Assembly (NCBI GenBank): GCA_963775425.1
Contig: CAVZJB010000016.1
Coordinates: 416,001 to 480,000 of the forward strand
DNA length: 64,000 nt
Source of the DNA: an uncultured delta proteobacterium
Lineage (GTDB): Bacteria; Myxococcota; UBA727; VGSZ01
Direction of reading: 5' to 3'
The position numbers and the translations under genes were made by a program. Below, one piece after another: positions 17,237-27,134 of the stretch. How positions within the stretch are numbered: position 1 is the first letter of the stretch; each line of letters starts with the position of its first letter. The notes under the pieces were generated by a model. That model was not told where the DNA came from. It made no database searches and saw only the letters and a program-made list of their open reading frames with translations.

Positions 17237-18235
17237 ATGGAACCAGCCTTCGACGAGACGACGTACCTCCGCGCGTTCGGCCTCAAGAAAAAGGCGGACC
17301 GGGACTTCGCCGACGGCCTGGTGCAGGCGCTGGCGCAGATCGATCGGGCGCTCCTGCCGGGAGCGGCGCCGCACCCGCTCGCGCACCTCATCGAGGTCGG
17401 CCCGCGCTCCATCGACCAGCTCATGTCCCTCGTCGACACCGGCAGCGACCGGCAGCAGGTCGACGCCATCGACGCCCTCGCGCACATCCTGCTCGGCACG
17501 CAGGACCGCGACGCCTCCGCGCGATTGAAGAAGAAGCTCGCCGAGACCGACAACAGCGACATCGCCGCGCTCCTCGAAAAGACCCTCGCCATCGCCGGCG
17601 ACGACGCCACGCTCGAGGAGCAGCTCCGCCGCCTCGGTGACGACGACCCTGGGGTCGTGGCCACGGCGGCGCGCCTGCTCGGCTTCGGCCGGTTCCGCCC
17701 GGCGGTGCCGGTGCTGAAGGGCCTCGTGAGCCCAGAGCACCTCTACGAGTCGCGCTGGGTCATCTGGGCGCTCGGGGAGATCGGCGACGAGGCCGCCCTG
17801 CCCGCGCTCGAGATCGCGCTGTCCAACGCGTTTCGCGTCGTCGACTGTCTCATCGCCATCGGCAAGATCGGCATGATCACCTCCATCCCCGCGTGCACGC
17901 CCCACCTCACCTCGGCGTTCCCCGAGCAGAAGGACGCCGCGGTGCGTGGGCTCGCGATGATCCTCGACAAGAACCGCGAGCACGTCCGCTACATCGGCGC
18001 GCTCCGCGACCAGCTCGCGCGCATGATCGAGCACGAGCTCGCCGACACGCAGGCCGAGCTGTCGGGCTCGACGCGCTTTCACATGCTCCTGTGCCTCGCG
18101 CGCCTCGGCCATCGCCTCGACGAGGCCCGCGTCAAGCGCTACCTCGGCGTCGGCGTCGAGGACCCTCAGCTCAAGCGCGTCGCTCCGTCGACGAAGCAGG
18201 ACAGCAAGGTCTTCAAGCGCATCCGCCGCCGTTGA
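17237..18235 (+). CDS. HEAT/PBS-lyase repeat protein
   Basis: Repeated AAxxLGxxxxxxAVPxL, WALGEIGDEAALPAL and AIGKIG helical motifs; GC-skewed codon usage in this frame. Confidence 0.75.
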   Translation: MEPAFDETTYLRAFGLKKKADRDFADGLVQALAQIDRALLPGAAPHPLAHLIEVGPRSIDQLMSLVDTGSDRQQVDAIDALAHILLGTQDRDASARLKKKLAETDNSDIAALLEKTLAIAGDDATLEEQLRRLGDDDPGVVATAARLLGFGRFRPAVPVLKGLVSPEHLYESRWVIWALGEIGDEAALPALEIALSNAFRVVDCLIAIGKIGMITSIPACTPHLTSAFPEQKDAAVRGLAMILDKNREHVRYIGALRDQLARMIEHELADTQAELSGSTRFHMLLCLARLGHRLDEARVKRYLGVGVEDPQLKRVAPSTKQDSKVFKRIRRR

Positions 18236-18326
18236 GCGTTGGAGCGCGGCTGGGCGTGACGGGCGAGCGGGGAGCGGTCACCTGTACGGCAAGCGCGTGC
18301 GGCGCGCGTGCGCGGTCACGGGGGGG
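18234..18326 (+). repeat. Dispersed intergenic repeat, copy 1
   Basis: ~92 bp highly similar to the reverse complement of 33647-33738; core TACGGCAAGCGCGTGCGGC..GCGCGGTCACGGGG. Confidence 0.85.
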
Positions 18327-18378
18327 ACCGCGACCGCGAGTCGCACGCGCTGCCGGCCCACGCCCCCGCTCGCGCTGT

Positions 18379-19836
18379 CTAGGTGCGATGGACGCTGCGT
18401 GACGACGGGATGAAGCCCTCGTCGGTGAGCCTGCCCTCGAGGTACGGCGGGCGCGGCTTGCGCGCCTCCTGTTGTCCCATGAACGTCCCCGGGCCGAGCT
18501 CGAGGTAGCCGGGGCGGCCGCCGTCGCTCGTCGCCGCCGGGCGTCCTTCGACGTCGCCGTCGGGGACGAACTCGCCCTCGATGACGCTGCCGCGGACGTA
18601 CTCGCCCCCCGGCGTCGTCGTGGCGAAGCGGTGCACGCGCAGATCGCGCAGCGAGAGGTACCTGCCGAAGAACGCCACGCAGCGCTCGCCGAGCGCCCGC
18701 GCCTGCGCCCGCGTCTTCGAGCTCTGCGCGTGCCGCTCCCACATGCAGCACGCCTGCGGCACGCCGAGCTGACACGCCGTCGACGACGCCGCCACCACGC
18801 CCGTGGCCGTGGGCAGCGCGGGGTTTGCGTCGAGGACGTAGGCGAGGCCGGCGCAGCCGCTCGGCTCCCCGCCGTCGCACGCGCGCTCGAGGAGCGCCGC
18901 CGCCGCCGCCGGCCGCGGCTCCACGCCCTCGCCGTCGAGGAGATCGATGCCCGCCTCGCCGCACATCCTGAGGTCGCCTCCCTCCTCGCACAGGCCGAGG
19001 CGCGCCTCGAGCCCGTGCTTGGCCCACGGCGCCACCGCGAGCGCGCGCCCGCCGCCCGCGATGACCTCCTTGCAGGCGTCCTCGTCGCCGAGCGCGCAGG
19101 CGCGCTCCGTGCCCGCGGGCGTCTTCTGGGCCCGGCACGCGTCGCGCCAGCCGTGATCGCACGCGACGGCGAGGGCCTCCGCCGTCGACAGCGGCGTGAA
19201 CGAGCCGTCGCCGGCGGGCGCGCCCGGCCCGCGAGCGGCGTCGCGCGCGTAGGCCGCGCAGCTCTCGGCGTCGCCGAGGGCGCACGCGCGCGCGCGCGCT
19301 TCGTGAACGCGCTCCGGCGCCGCCGCTTCCCAGGCGCGACACGCGACGGCGAAGCCGTGGTCGCACGCGCGCTCGAGCTGCGACGGCGACGCCGGCGTCT
19401 TCGGCCCCGCCTCGAGCCACGCGCGCTCGATGGTGGCCCCCGAGCGCGCGAGCCCCGCGAGCCACGCGCACCCCATCCAGGCCCCGCGCGCGCACGCGTC
19501 GCGCAGCGCGGCTTTGCCCGCAGCGAGGTCGGCGGTGGTGCGCCGCGGCCGCGACAGGATGTGGCCGGCGGCGGCGCACGCGTCGACGTCGCCGCGCTCG
19601 CAGCGCGCGTGGAAGAGGGCGAGCGCGCGGGGCTCGTCGGCGGCGACGCCGGCGCCGCCGAGGGCGAGGCGCCAGGCGGGCCACTCGCTCGCGTCGTCGG
19701 CGTCGTCAACCGCGGCGGCGGGCGCGACGGCGGGGGGCGCGACGGCGACGGGCGCCGTCGCTCGCGCGGGCGCGTGCGGAGCGGCCGTGGTGCACGAGGC
19801 TGCCGCGACGACGGCGAGGGCGGCGAGCGGCCTCAT
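18379..19836 (-). CDS. Cys-rich Sel1-like repeat lipoprotein
   Basis: ATG overlaps the upstream stop (ATGA); lipobox AAASC; repeated ACxxG...xC Sel1/Hcp-type units. Confidence 0.72.
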   Translation of the reverse strand: MRPLAALAVVAAASCTTAAPHAPARATAPVAVAPPAVAPAAAVDDADDASEWPAWRLALGGAGVAADEPRALALFHARCERGDVDACAAAGHILSRPRRTTADLAAGKAALRDACARGAWMGCAWLAGLARSGATIERAWLEAGPKTPASPSQLERACDHGFAVACRAWEAAAPERVHEARARACALGDAESCAAYARDAARGPGAPAGDGSFTPLSTAEALAVACDHGWRDACRAQKTPAGTERACALGDEDACKEVIAGGGRALAVAPWAKHGLEARLGLCEEGGDLRMCGEAGIDLLDGEGVEPRPAAAAALLERACDGGEPSGCAGLAYVLDANPALPTATGVVAASSTACQLGVPQACCMWERHAQSSKTRAQARALGERCVAFFGRYLSLRDLRVHRFATTTPGGEYVRGSVIEGEFVPDGDVEGRPAATSDGGRPGYLELGPGTFMGQQEARKPRPPYLEGRLTDEGFIPSSRSVHRT

Positions 19837-21161
19837 CGGGTGACGTAGGCGAAGGCGATGCACATCTCGTCGGTGGTCTTTTCGCCGAAGGTCACCGTGC
19901 GTCCCGTCTCGTTGTCCCATCGGCAGGTGAGCGTCACCTGCTCGAGGGTGCCGAGCTGAACGTTGTCGACGTCGGAGAAGAAGTAGCTCTGCTGCCAGTG
20001 GAAGTCCCACTGCGGGACGTCGACGAGGCAGCCGTGCGCGGCGCTCGTGACGGTGATCTGCTGCCCGAGCTCGTGCATGTGCGGCAGGAGCCCCCAGACC
20101 TTGGCGCCGGCGCCGGGGAAGGTCTTTTGGTCCGTGGTCACCTGCCCCGGCAAAAGCGAGAAGCTCTGGTCGATGAGCGGCACGAGCAGCGCGGTCGTGG
20201 GCACGCTGTCCTCGAGCTCGAGCTCCGCGTGGGTGATGTCCGCGGGCGTGGGCGTCGGCGCGGCGTCGAAGTTGTAGTGCACCTGCATGACGATCACCTG
20301 GTTCGCGGGGAGCGCGATGCCCGTGCCTGCCGGGTAGACCTGGGCGTTCGACCCGGGCGCCCACGTCGCCAGCACCTGCAGCGAGGCGCCGCTCACGTCG
20401 GGGCCGCCGTAGCAGGTCCAGCCGAGCCCGGCCTCGTCGGCGTCGCGCTGCTCGGCGGCGGCGCGATCGACGGAGAAGAGGATCACGTGATGAACCATGG
20501 ACGCGGTGCCCGGCAGGATGTTCGCCCCGACGACCATCTTCTGCGTGGTCACCGGCGGCGTCGCCTGCGCGGGATCGAGCAGGAAGCAGTGATAGTCGTC
20601 GTCGCCGGGGCCGCCGACCGGCGTGTACGCCTCGTCGGGCTGCACCTGGAGGTCGACGCGGTCGAGCCCGACGAGCTCCGGCACGGTGCCGTTGGCGGCG
20701 GCGGCGTCGCCGAGGGCGAAGCCGCCGTCGCGCCACGAGGTGAAGATCGCGATCTCGGCGTCGCTCATGCTGCGGTCGCCCTGGTACGTGTGGCTGCCGC
20801 AGTCGCGCGCGGGCATCCAGGGCGGCATCTCGCGGCTCTCGACGAACGCCGCGATGAGGTCCTGCTCGCCGACGACGGCGGCTTCGTCCTCGATGTCGAA
20901 CGGACCGATGCCGCCCGCCGTGTGGCACACCTCGCAGTGGTTGCGCGCGACCGGGAGCACGTCGCGGTACCAGGTGACGTCCGCCTGGCCCTCGCCCTCA
21001 CCCTCGCCCTCGCCCTCGCCCTCGCCCTCGCCCTCGCCTTCGCCGACATCGCCCTCGCCCTCGCCGACGTCGCCCTCGCCCTCGCCCTCGCCTGCGGGCG
21101 GCGCCGGGCACCCCATGGCCAGGCCGGTGACGAGGAGGGCGGCGACGGTGACGCGCATCAT
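19833..21161 (-). CDS. Copper type II ascorbate-dependent monooxygenase-like lipoprotein with heme c motif
   Basis: Lipobox LAMGC; poly-GE linker; CEVCH (CxxCH); HHVIL, QVHYN, PHMHELG, WDFHWQ and DEMC copper-site motifs. Confidence 0.8.
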   Translation of the reverse strand: MMRVTVAALLVTGLAMGCPAPPAGEGEGEGDVGEGEGDVGEGEGEGEGEGEGEGEGEGQADVTWYRDVLPVARNHCEVCHTAGGIGPFDIEDEAAVVGEQDLIAAFVESREMPPWMPARDCGSHTYQGDRSMSDAEIAIFTSWRDGGFALGDAAAANGTVPELVGLDRVDLQVQPDEAYTPVGGPGDDDYHCFLLDPAQATPPVTTQKMVVGANILPGTASMVHHVILFSVDRAAAEQRDADEAGLGWTCYGGPDVSGASLQVLATWAPGSNAQVYPAGTGIALPANQVIVMQVHYNFDAAPTPTPADITHAELELEDSVPTTALLVPLIDQSFSLLPGQVTTDQKTFPGAGAKVWGLLPHMHELGQQITVTSAAHGCLVDVPQWDFHWQQSYFFSDVDNVQLGTLEQVTLTCRWDNETGRTVTFGEKTTDEMCIAFAYVTR

Positions 21162-21307
21162 CCTGCGTGTTGTAGCAGGGGTCGCCGCCCGCCACACCCG
21201 CCCCGGGGACCGCGCGGCGCGTCGAGCGCCCCGCCGAAGCGCGCGTGCGGGCGGCGCGATCGAAACCCGCCGCGGGGTCCGTACCCGGGGGAGGAGGAGC
21301 TCCGCAC

Positions 21308-21841
21308 ATGCTGCTCGTGGCCTGCCTACTGTTCACCGCCGAGCCGGCGCCGATGCCGCCGCCGCCGCCGAGCCCCGACCGCGTCGACGCCGCCTGCCAC
21401 GACGGCGTCGGCCGCGTGGTCCCGTGCCCCGCCGCGTCCGCGCCGCCGCCGCTCGAGCCCCTCGCGCAGGAGGGCGACGACGGCTGCAAGGAGGACGGCA
21501 CGCCCGCGGCCGATGGGCCGAACATCGCGGCCATCACCGGCATCGTCGGCAGCGCCACCGCCGTCGCCGGAGCGCTCACCGCCGTCGTGGTCGGCCTCGC
21601 GCAGGTGCCTGCGCCGTGGGACTACTGGAAGTACGCGGGCGAGCTGCAGAAGGCGCAGATCGAATTCCGCAAGAAGCCGGACGCCGCGTTCCTCAAGGAC
21701 GCCGAGCGAGCGCGCTCCGGCATGCACGGCATCGAAAACGCGCTCGGCGATCAGGTCGGCGTGTGGGTCGCGAGCGGCGTCACGCTCGCGACGAGCGGCG
21801 TGGGCCTCGCCTCGAGCATCGTCATCGTGGCGGGGGAGTGA
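21308..21841 (+). CDS. Hypothetical secreted/membrane protein
   Basis: GGAGGAGGAG RBS; signal-like N-terminus; two hydrophobic segments. Confidence 0.6.
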   Translation: MLLVACLLFTAEPAPMPPPPPSPDRVDAACHDGVGRVVPCPAASAPPPLEPLAQEGDDGCKEDGTPAADGPNIAAITGIVGSATAVAGALTAVVVGLAQVPAPWDYWKYAGELQKAQIEFRKKPDAAFLKDAERARSGMHGIENALGDQVGVWVASGVTLATSGVGLASSIVIVAGE

Positions 21842-21843
21842 CG

Positions 21844-22299
21844 ATGAGGCCCCTGTGCGCCGCCCGCGCCTCGCTCACGCTCGCCTGCGTCCTCACCGCG
21901 CTCGCCTGCGTCCCCGAGCACAACCCGACCTTCGGCGCGCCCTGCAAGGAGGACGGCGAGTGCGCCGGCGGCCTCAAGTGCCTGCCCTTCGACGGCACCG
22001 ACCGCTGCATCCAGGAGGGCACCGAGGACGGCGCCCGCGACGACGGCGCCGCGGGGGAAGGCGAGGGCGAAGGCGAGGGCGAGGGCGAAGGCGAGGGCGA
22101 GGGCGAAGGCGAGGGCGAGGGCTGCACCGCGGACGCCGACTGCGCCGACGACGTCTTCTGCAACGGCACCCCGCACTGCAACGCCGACCACGTCTGCGAG
22201 CAGCTCGCGCCGTGCGACGCCCTCACCGAGGTCTGCAACGAGGAGACCGGCTGCTGCGACGGCGCCGTCGGCAGCCGCTGCTTCAACCCACCGTACTGA
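21844..22299 (+). CDS. Small Cys-rich lipoprotein with poly-GE linker
   Basis: GGGGAG RBS; lipobox ALAC; (GE)n run; CxxDxDCxDxxFCNG Cys-rich module. Confidence 0.7.
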   Translation: MRPLCAARASLTLACVLTALACVPEHNPTFGAPCKEDGECAGGLKCLPFDGTDRCIQEGTEDGARDDGAAGEGEGEGEGEGEGEGEGEGEGEGCTADADCADDVFCNGTPHCNADHVCEQLAPCDALTEVCNEETGCCDGAVGSRCFNPPY

Positions 22300-22460
22300 C
22301 GGCGGCCGGCGCCAGCCCGCGTCGATGAGCGGACCGCCGTCGAACGAGCGCCCTGCGAAGCCTCCGACGCCGAGGGACGGGCGACGACGTCGAGGACCGG
22401 GCGACGTGTCCCCCTCCAGCGCGGCCCCGGGCCACGCCGACCGCGCCGCCGGCGAGCGCG

Positions 22461-23543
22461 TCAAAACGGGAGGTGCGCGCGGAGCTGGTCGACGAGGTCG
22501 GTGTAGCGCGTGAGCACGAAGACGAGCGTCACCGAGATGAACACGCTGACCAGGGCCGCCGTGCGCCAGAAGTGCCCCCGGCGCTTCAGGGGGACGACCT
22601 CCACGAACAGCGACGTGTCCTCGACGATGGTGAGGGCCTCGGCCTCGACGATCTTGCCCACCGCGCACAGCCAGCTCACCAGCCGGCCGCTCTCGTCGGC
22701 GGGGGCGCCGTGGGTGGAGAGGAACATCTCGAGGGCCTGCCGCAGGTCGCTCGCGCTCGGCGGCCGGCGCTTGGGGTCGAGCTTGAGGCACCGCTCGACG
22801 AGCAGCGTGAGGCGCCAGGGGACGTGCGGCGCCACCTTGCCGAGCCGCGGCCACTTGCCCGTGGCGACGAGGCCCCAGATGGACTCGGGCGTCGCGTGCG
22901 CGAACAGCCTTCGGCCGCTCAACAGCTCGTAGAGGATGGCGCCGACGGCGTAGACGTCGCTCCTGGCGGAGGCCGCCTGGCCCTTCAACAGCTCGGGCGC
23001 CATGTAGCTCGGGGTACCGACGACGCCGCCGGTCTTGGTGAGCGTATCGAGGGACTCGTCGCGGGCGACGCCGAAGTCCATGAGCTTCACCGAGCCCGTG
23101 CGCGACACGATGACGTTTTGCGGCTTCACGTCCCTGTGCACGACGCCGGCGCGGTGGGCGGCCTCGAGGGCGCGCGCCACGCCGAGCCCGATCATGGCGG
23201 CGATGTCGACGGGGACGGCGCCGCCCTTGGTGAGCTCGGCGACGCCGAAGCCGTCGACGAGCTCCATGGCGAGCCACAGGTCGCCGCGGTGCTCCAGGAG
23301 GTCGTAGACGGCGACGATGCCCTCGTGCTGGATCTTGGCGAGCGCCTTCCCCTCGCGCAGGAAGCGCTCGCGCCACATCTCGCGGTCGGCGTCGGTGACG
23401 TCGAGCGGCAGCACCAGCTTCTTCAGCGCGGCCGGGCGATCGAGCGTGTCGTGGCGCGCCCGGTAGACCTCGCCCATGCCGCCCTTCCCGAGGACCTCGC
23501 CAATCTCGTAGGGACCGACCGCTTTCGGGGTTCGCGCCGCCAT
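22461..23543 (-). CDS. Eukaryotic-like Ser/Thr protein kinase with C-terminal TM helix
   Basis: GKGGMGEVY, ALKK, HRDVKPQN, DFG, GTPSYMAPE and SDVYAVG subdomain motifs. Confidence 0.93.
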   Translation of the reverse strand: MAARTPKAVGPYEIGEVLGKGGMGEVYRARHDTLDRPAALKKLVLPLDVTDADREMWRERFLREGKALAKIQHEGIVAVYDLLEHRGDLWLAMELVDGFGVAELTKGGAVPVDIAAMIGLGVARALEAAHRAGVVHRDVKPQNVIVSRTGSVKLMDFGVARDESLDTLTKTGGVVGTPSYMAPELLKGQAASARSDVYAVGAILYELLSGRRLFAHATPESIWGLVATGKWPRLGKVAPHVPWRLTLLVERCLKLDPKRRPPSASDLRQALEMFLSTHGAPADESGRLVSWLCAVGKIVEAEALTIVEDTSLFVEVVPLKRRGHFWRTAALVSVFISVTLVFVLTRYTDLVDQLRAHLPF

Positions 23544-23610
23544 CGGCGGCACTCTACCGAACGACGGCGGGCGGCCTCACCCTCAGAAATTCGCTCGGTG
23601 CCTCCCGGGG

Positions 23611-24518
23611 TTACGTCGGCGCCGCGCGCCCGAGGCGGCGGAGCGCGAATTCCACGCCGAAGCCGCTCGTGAACAGCCGCTCCTTGTCGTCGGCGAGGAG
23701 CGCGCGGGTCCAGCCCACCGCGCCGCCGTCGGCGGGGGTGAACCAGCGGCCCTCGCGATCCTGCGCGTCGACGCCGAAGAGGGCGCCGTCGTAGTAGCCG
23801 CGGCCCTGCGTGCGGGCGTCGTCCTCGACGGCGTCGACGCCGGCCGCCGCGAGCGCCTCGAGGTCGCCGCTGCCCGGCCGGGTCACGCGCACCCGAGCGG
23901 CGGGGGCGCCGAGGGCGCGCAGGAGCGAGAGCCACGCCTGCGCGTGCTCGACCAGCGCGGCGCTCTCGAAGCCGGCGCCGCGGCCGGCGCTCACCAGGCA
24001 AAAGAGGCGGAAATGCTGCGAGAAGCCGGGGACGTCGGGCAGCGGCTGCAGGCGCAGCACACGCGCCGACGTCAGCAGCCGCAGCGCCGGCCGCTCGCCC
24101 CGGGCACGGCTCGCCGGCGCCGGGCCACCTCGAGGGCGAGCGACGCCGTGGGATCGGCGAGCACCTCGAGGGAGCGGAGCGCGCCGAGGACGTTGTTCGG
24201 GTCGATGCCGGTGGCGGCGCACAAGCCGAGGGGCGCCACCGGCGCGAGCTCGACGGCGTCGAAGCCCGGCGCGGCCTCGTGCAAGAGGCGCTCGGCGCGG
24301 GCGAGCGCGCGTCCGTCGACGTCGCACGGCTGCGTCGCCGGCGCGCGCTCGAAGTGTCGCCGCAGCTCGGCGAAGGGGCGGGCGCGCGCTTGCTCCGCGA
24401 GGACGGCGAGGAGGAGCGACGTGAGCTCGCTCGGCTTGAGGCCCGCGAGCTTGTCGACGAGCGCGGCGTCGCCGAGGCGGCTGGCGACGCCGCGCGCGAT
24501 CTCGGACGTGGACGGCAT
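23611..24518 (-). CDS. Class II aaRS (HisRS/HisZ-like) catalytic-domain paralog, frameshifted near 24110
   Basis: Two ORF halves (24072-24518 and the 3' part of 23611-24327) join into ~300 aa with motifs mapping onto the HisRS core; RBS GAGAGGA before ATG. Confidence 0.55.
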
Positions 24519-24550
24519 GGATCCTCTCCTCGACCCGACGGAAGATGCGA

Positions 24551-24574
24551 AGAGCCGCCCTCGCGGGCGGCTCT
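24551..24574 (-). terminator. Hairpin after rplL
   Basis: AGAGCCGCCC-TCGC-GGGCGGCTCT, a perfect 10-bp stem; weak U tract. Confidence 0.6.
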
Positions 24575-24599
24575 CCTCGTCACGGGGACGCGGCCGGCC

Positions 24600-24983
24600 C
24601 TACTTGAGGGCGACCTTGGCGCCCTCGGCCTCCAGCTTCTTCTGGAGGGCCTCGGCGTCGGCCTTGGAGAGGCCGTCCTTGACGACCTTGGGGGCGCCGT
24701 CGACGAGCTCCTTGGCCTCCTTGAGACCGAGGCCGGTGATCTCGCGGACCACCTTGATGACCTGGATCTTCTTGTCGCCGGCGGCCGTGAGCTCGACGGT
24801 GAACTCGGTCTTCTCGGCGGCCGGAGCCGCGCCACCAGCGCCGCCCGCGGGCATCGCCATCATCATGCCGCCGCCGGCGGCGGCCTTGACGCCCCAGGCC
24901 TCCTCGAGGTCCTTCACGAGCTGCGAGGCCTCCATGAGGGTGAGCTGGGAGAGCTGGTCCTTCAATGCTGCGAGATCTGCCAT
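24600..24983 (-). CDS. rplL: 50S ribosomal protein L7/L12
   Basis: [37 protein letters not shown]; AGGAG RBS. Confidence 0.98.
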   Translation of the reverse strand: MADLAALKDQLSQLTLMEASQLVKDLEEAWGVKAAAGGGMMMAMPAGGAGGAAPAAEKTEFTVELTAAGDKKIQVIKVVREITGLGLKEAKELVDGAPKVVKDGLSKADAEALQKKLEAEGAKVALK

Positions 24984-25053
24984 GTCTTTCTTCTCCTGCT
25001 TGTGCGGCCCCGCGGGCCGCGAGCTTGTTGAAACGGAAGCGGTGCCCGAAGGC

Positions 25054-25599
25054 TCAGGCGGCCTTCTTCTGGTCCTCGTCGTGCTTGGCCTGAAGGACGC
25101 CCACGACGTGCTGCGCCGGCGCGTTGATCTGCGCGAGCAGCTTGCCGGGGACGGCCTGGATGACGCCGAGGAGCTGCGCACGCAGCTCGTCCATCGAGGG
25201 CATCTTGGCGAGCGTGTCGACGGCGGCCTCGTCGAGGCGGATGCCGCCCTGGAAGCCGGACTTGATGATAAACTTATTGAAGTCTTTCTTGAAGCCCGCG
25301 ATGACCTTGGCGGGGCCGACGGGGTCGGTCTCGCTCCACGCCACCGCCGTGACCTCCTTGAAGTCCTTGCTGATGGCCTCGAGCGGCGTGCCGGCGACGG
25401 CCCTCTTGGCCAGCGTGTTCTTCACCACGCGGTAGTGGATGCCGGCGTCGTGCAGGCGGCGGCGCAGGTCGCTGACCTCGGCGACGGTCAGGCCCTTCAC
25501 GCTCGTGAGCACCGCGCTCTCGACCTTCTTGAAGGCGTTCTTCAGGAAGTCGAGCTGGTCGAGCTTTTGTTGCGGGAACTCGGTTCTTGTCTCAGCCAT
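25054..25599 (-). CDS. rplJ: 50S ribosomal protein L10
   Basis: [40 protein letters not shown]; synteny. Confidence 0.96.
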   Translation of the reverse strand: MAETRTEFPQQKLDQLDFLKNAFKKVESAVLTSVKGLTVAEVSDLRRRLHDAGIHYRVVKNTLAKRAVAGTPLEAISKDFKEVTAVAWSETDPVGPAKVIAGFKKDFNKFIIKSGFQGGIRLDEAAVDTLAKMPSMDELRAQLLGVIQAVPGKLLAQINAPAQHVVGVLQAKHDEDQKKAA

Positions 25600-25674
25600 G
25601 TCTTCCACTCCGGTGCGACAACGAGAAATCGTGCGCCGAAGGAGACATGGACCCCGCGCGCGCTGTGCACAGGC

Positions 25675-25750
25675 GGTGTCCTCGTCTCGGCAGGGTCCCT
25701 CTCGAGAGAGGGTTTTGAGCGCGAGCGCCCCGGCGGTCTTCGACGGTACG
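25675..25750 (-). promoter_or_regulatory. L10 leader (rplJL autoregulatory RNA)
   Basis: Minus strand CCGTCGAAGACCGCCGG...CCTGCCGAGACG resembles the L10_leader consensus, in the expected position upstream of rplJ. Confidence 0.7.
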
Positions 25751-25794
25751 CGCTGCCTGTTGCATGGCGGCGCTCGCTTGACAAGCCCTTTGCG

Positions 25795-25833
25795 CAAAAC
25801 AAAAGGCGCGCCCCCTCGCGAGGGCGCGCCCTT
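25795..25833 (-). terminator. Intrinsic terminator after rplA
   Basis: Minus strand AAGGGCGCGCCCTCGCGAGGGGGCGCGCCTTTTGTTTT. Confidence 0.75.
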
Positions 25834-25850
25834 GTCGCCGCGACGGGGCG

Positions 25851-26561
25851 TCAGCCTTCCGCGGCGGACATCGACGTCGCGTCGCTGATGTCGACCTTCA
25901 CGCCCGGGCCCATGGTCGACGACACGGTCACGCCCTTCACGTAGGCGCCCTTGGTCGACGACGGCTTCTGCCGCAGCACGTTTTCGAAGAGCGCCTTGAA
26001 GTTCTCGACGAGCTTGTCGGACTCCATGGAGGTCTTGCCGATGCCGCAGTGGACGATGCCGGCCTTCTCGACCTTGTACTCGACCTTGCCGGCCTTGGAC
26101 TCCTTGACGGCCTTGGTGACGTCCATGGTCACCGTGCCGACCTTGGGGTTCGGCATCAGACCGCGGGGGCCGAGGACGCGGCCGAGCTTGCCGACGACGC
26201 CCATCATGTCCGGGGTGGCGATGATCTTGTCGAAGTCCATGAAGCCGCCCGCGATGCGGTCGTGCAGGTCGTCGGCGCCGACGATGTCCGCGCCGGCGTC
26301 CTCGGCCTCCTTGGCCTTCGGACCCTTGGCGAACACCGCGACGCGCACGGTCTTGCCCGTGCCGTTCGGCATCACCACCGCGCCGCGCACCATCTGGTCC
26401 GCGTGGCGGGGGTCGACGCTGAGGTTGATGGCCACGTCGACGGACTCGTCGAACTTGGAGGTCTTGCAGCCCTTCACGAGCTTGAAGGCCTCGGCGACCT
26501 TGTAACGGGTGGCGCGGTCGACCCGCTTGAACGCAGCTTCGCGCTTCTTTCCGGCGGTCAT
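25851..26561 (-). CDS. rplA: 50S ribosomal protein L1
   Basis: [40 protein letters not shown]; ATGA coupling with rplK. Confidence 0.98.
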   Translation of the reverse strand: MTAGKKREAAFKRVDRATRYKVAEAFKLVKGCKTSKFDESVDVAINLSVDPRHADQMVRGAVVMPNGTGKTVRVAVFAKGPKAKEAEDAGADIVGADDLHDRIAGGFMDFDKIIATPDMMGVVGKLGRVLGPRGLMPNPKVGTVTMDVTKAVKESKAGKVEYKVEKAGIVHCGIGKTSMESDKLVENFKALFENVLRQKPSSTKGAYVKGVTVSSTMGPGVKVDISDATSMSAAEG

Positions 26562-27001
26562 TCCGACACCTCGATGCCCATGGAGCGAGCGGTCCCGGCG
26601 ACGGAGCGGGCTCCGGCCTCGACGTCGTAGCAGTTGAGGTCCTTGAGCTTGGTCTTCGCGATGTCGCGCACCTGCGCCATCGTGACCTTGCCGACCTTCT
26701 CCTTGCCCGGGTTCTTGGCGCCGCCGCCCGGCTTCTTGTCGAGCTTCAGGCCCGCGGCCTTCTTCAGCAGGATGCTCGCCGGCGGGGTCTTGGTGATGAA
26801 GGTGAAGGACTTGTCCGAGAACACGGTGATCACGACGGGGATCATGAGACCCGCCTGATCCTGCGTGCGCGCGTTGAACTCCTTGCAGAAGCCCATGATG
26901 TTGACGCCGTGCTGGCCGAGCGCCGGGCCCACGGGGGGCGCCGGATTCGCCTTGCCTGCAGGGCACTGCAGCTTGACGTATGCCTGAATCTTCTTTGCCA
27001 C
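26558..27001 (-). CDS. rplK: 50S ribosomal protein L11
   Basis: [37 protein letters not shown]. Confidence 0.98.
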   Translation of the reverse strand: MAKKIQAYVKLQCPAGKANPAPPVGPALGQHGVNIMGFCKEFNARTQDQAGLMIPVVITVFSDKSFTFITKTPPASILLKKAAGLKLDKKPGGGAKNPGKEKVGKVTMAQVRDIAKTKLKDLNCYDVEAGARSVAGTARSMGIEVSE

Positions 27002-27012
27002 GACTTGCTCCG

Positions 27013-27091
27013 CGCGTGGTCAGCGGCCCAGCTCGATGCGGGGCCTCCCACGCGAAAGCGCGGAGAGTGCCTGACGTCCCGCCGGTGTCAA
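27013..27091 (-). promoter_or_regulatory. rplK promoter (-35 TTGACA) and L1-binding leader hairpin
   Basis: Minus-strand TTGACA at 27086-27091; CGCGTGGGAGG...CCGCTGACCACGCG stem with the GGGAG internal loop typical of L1 operator sites. Confidence 0.6.
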
Positions 27092-27134
27092 CCGCTGGTC
27101 GTTGTCGCTGCGCGTGTCCGCCGCCGCTGGGCCG

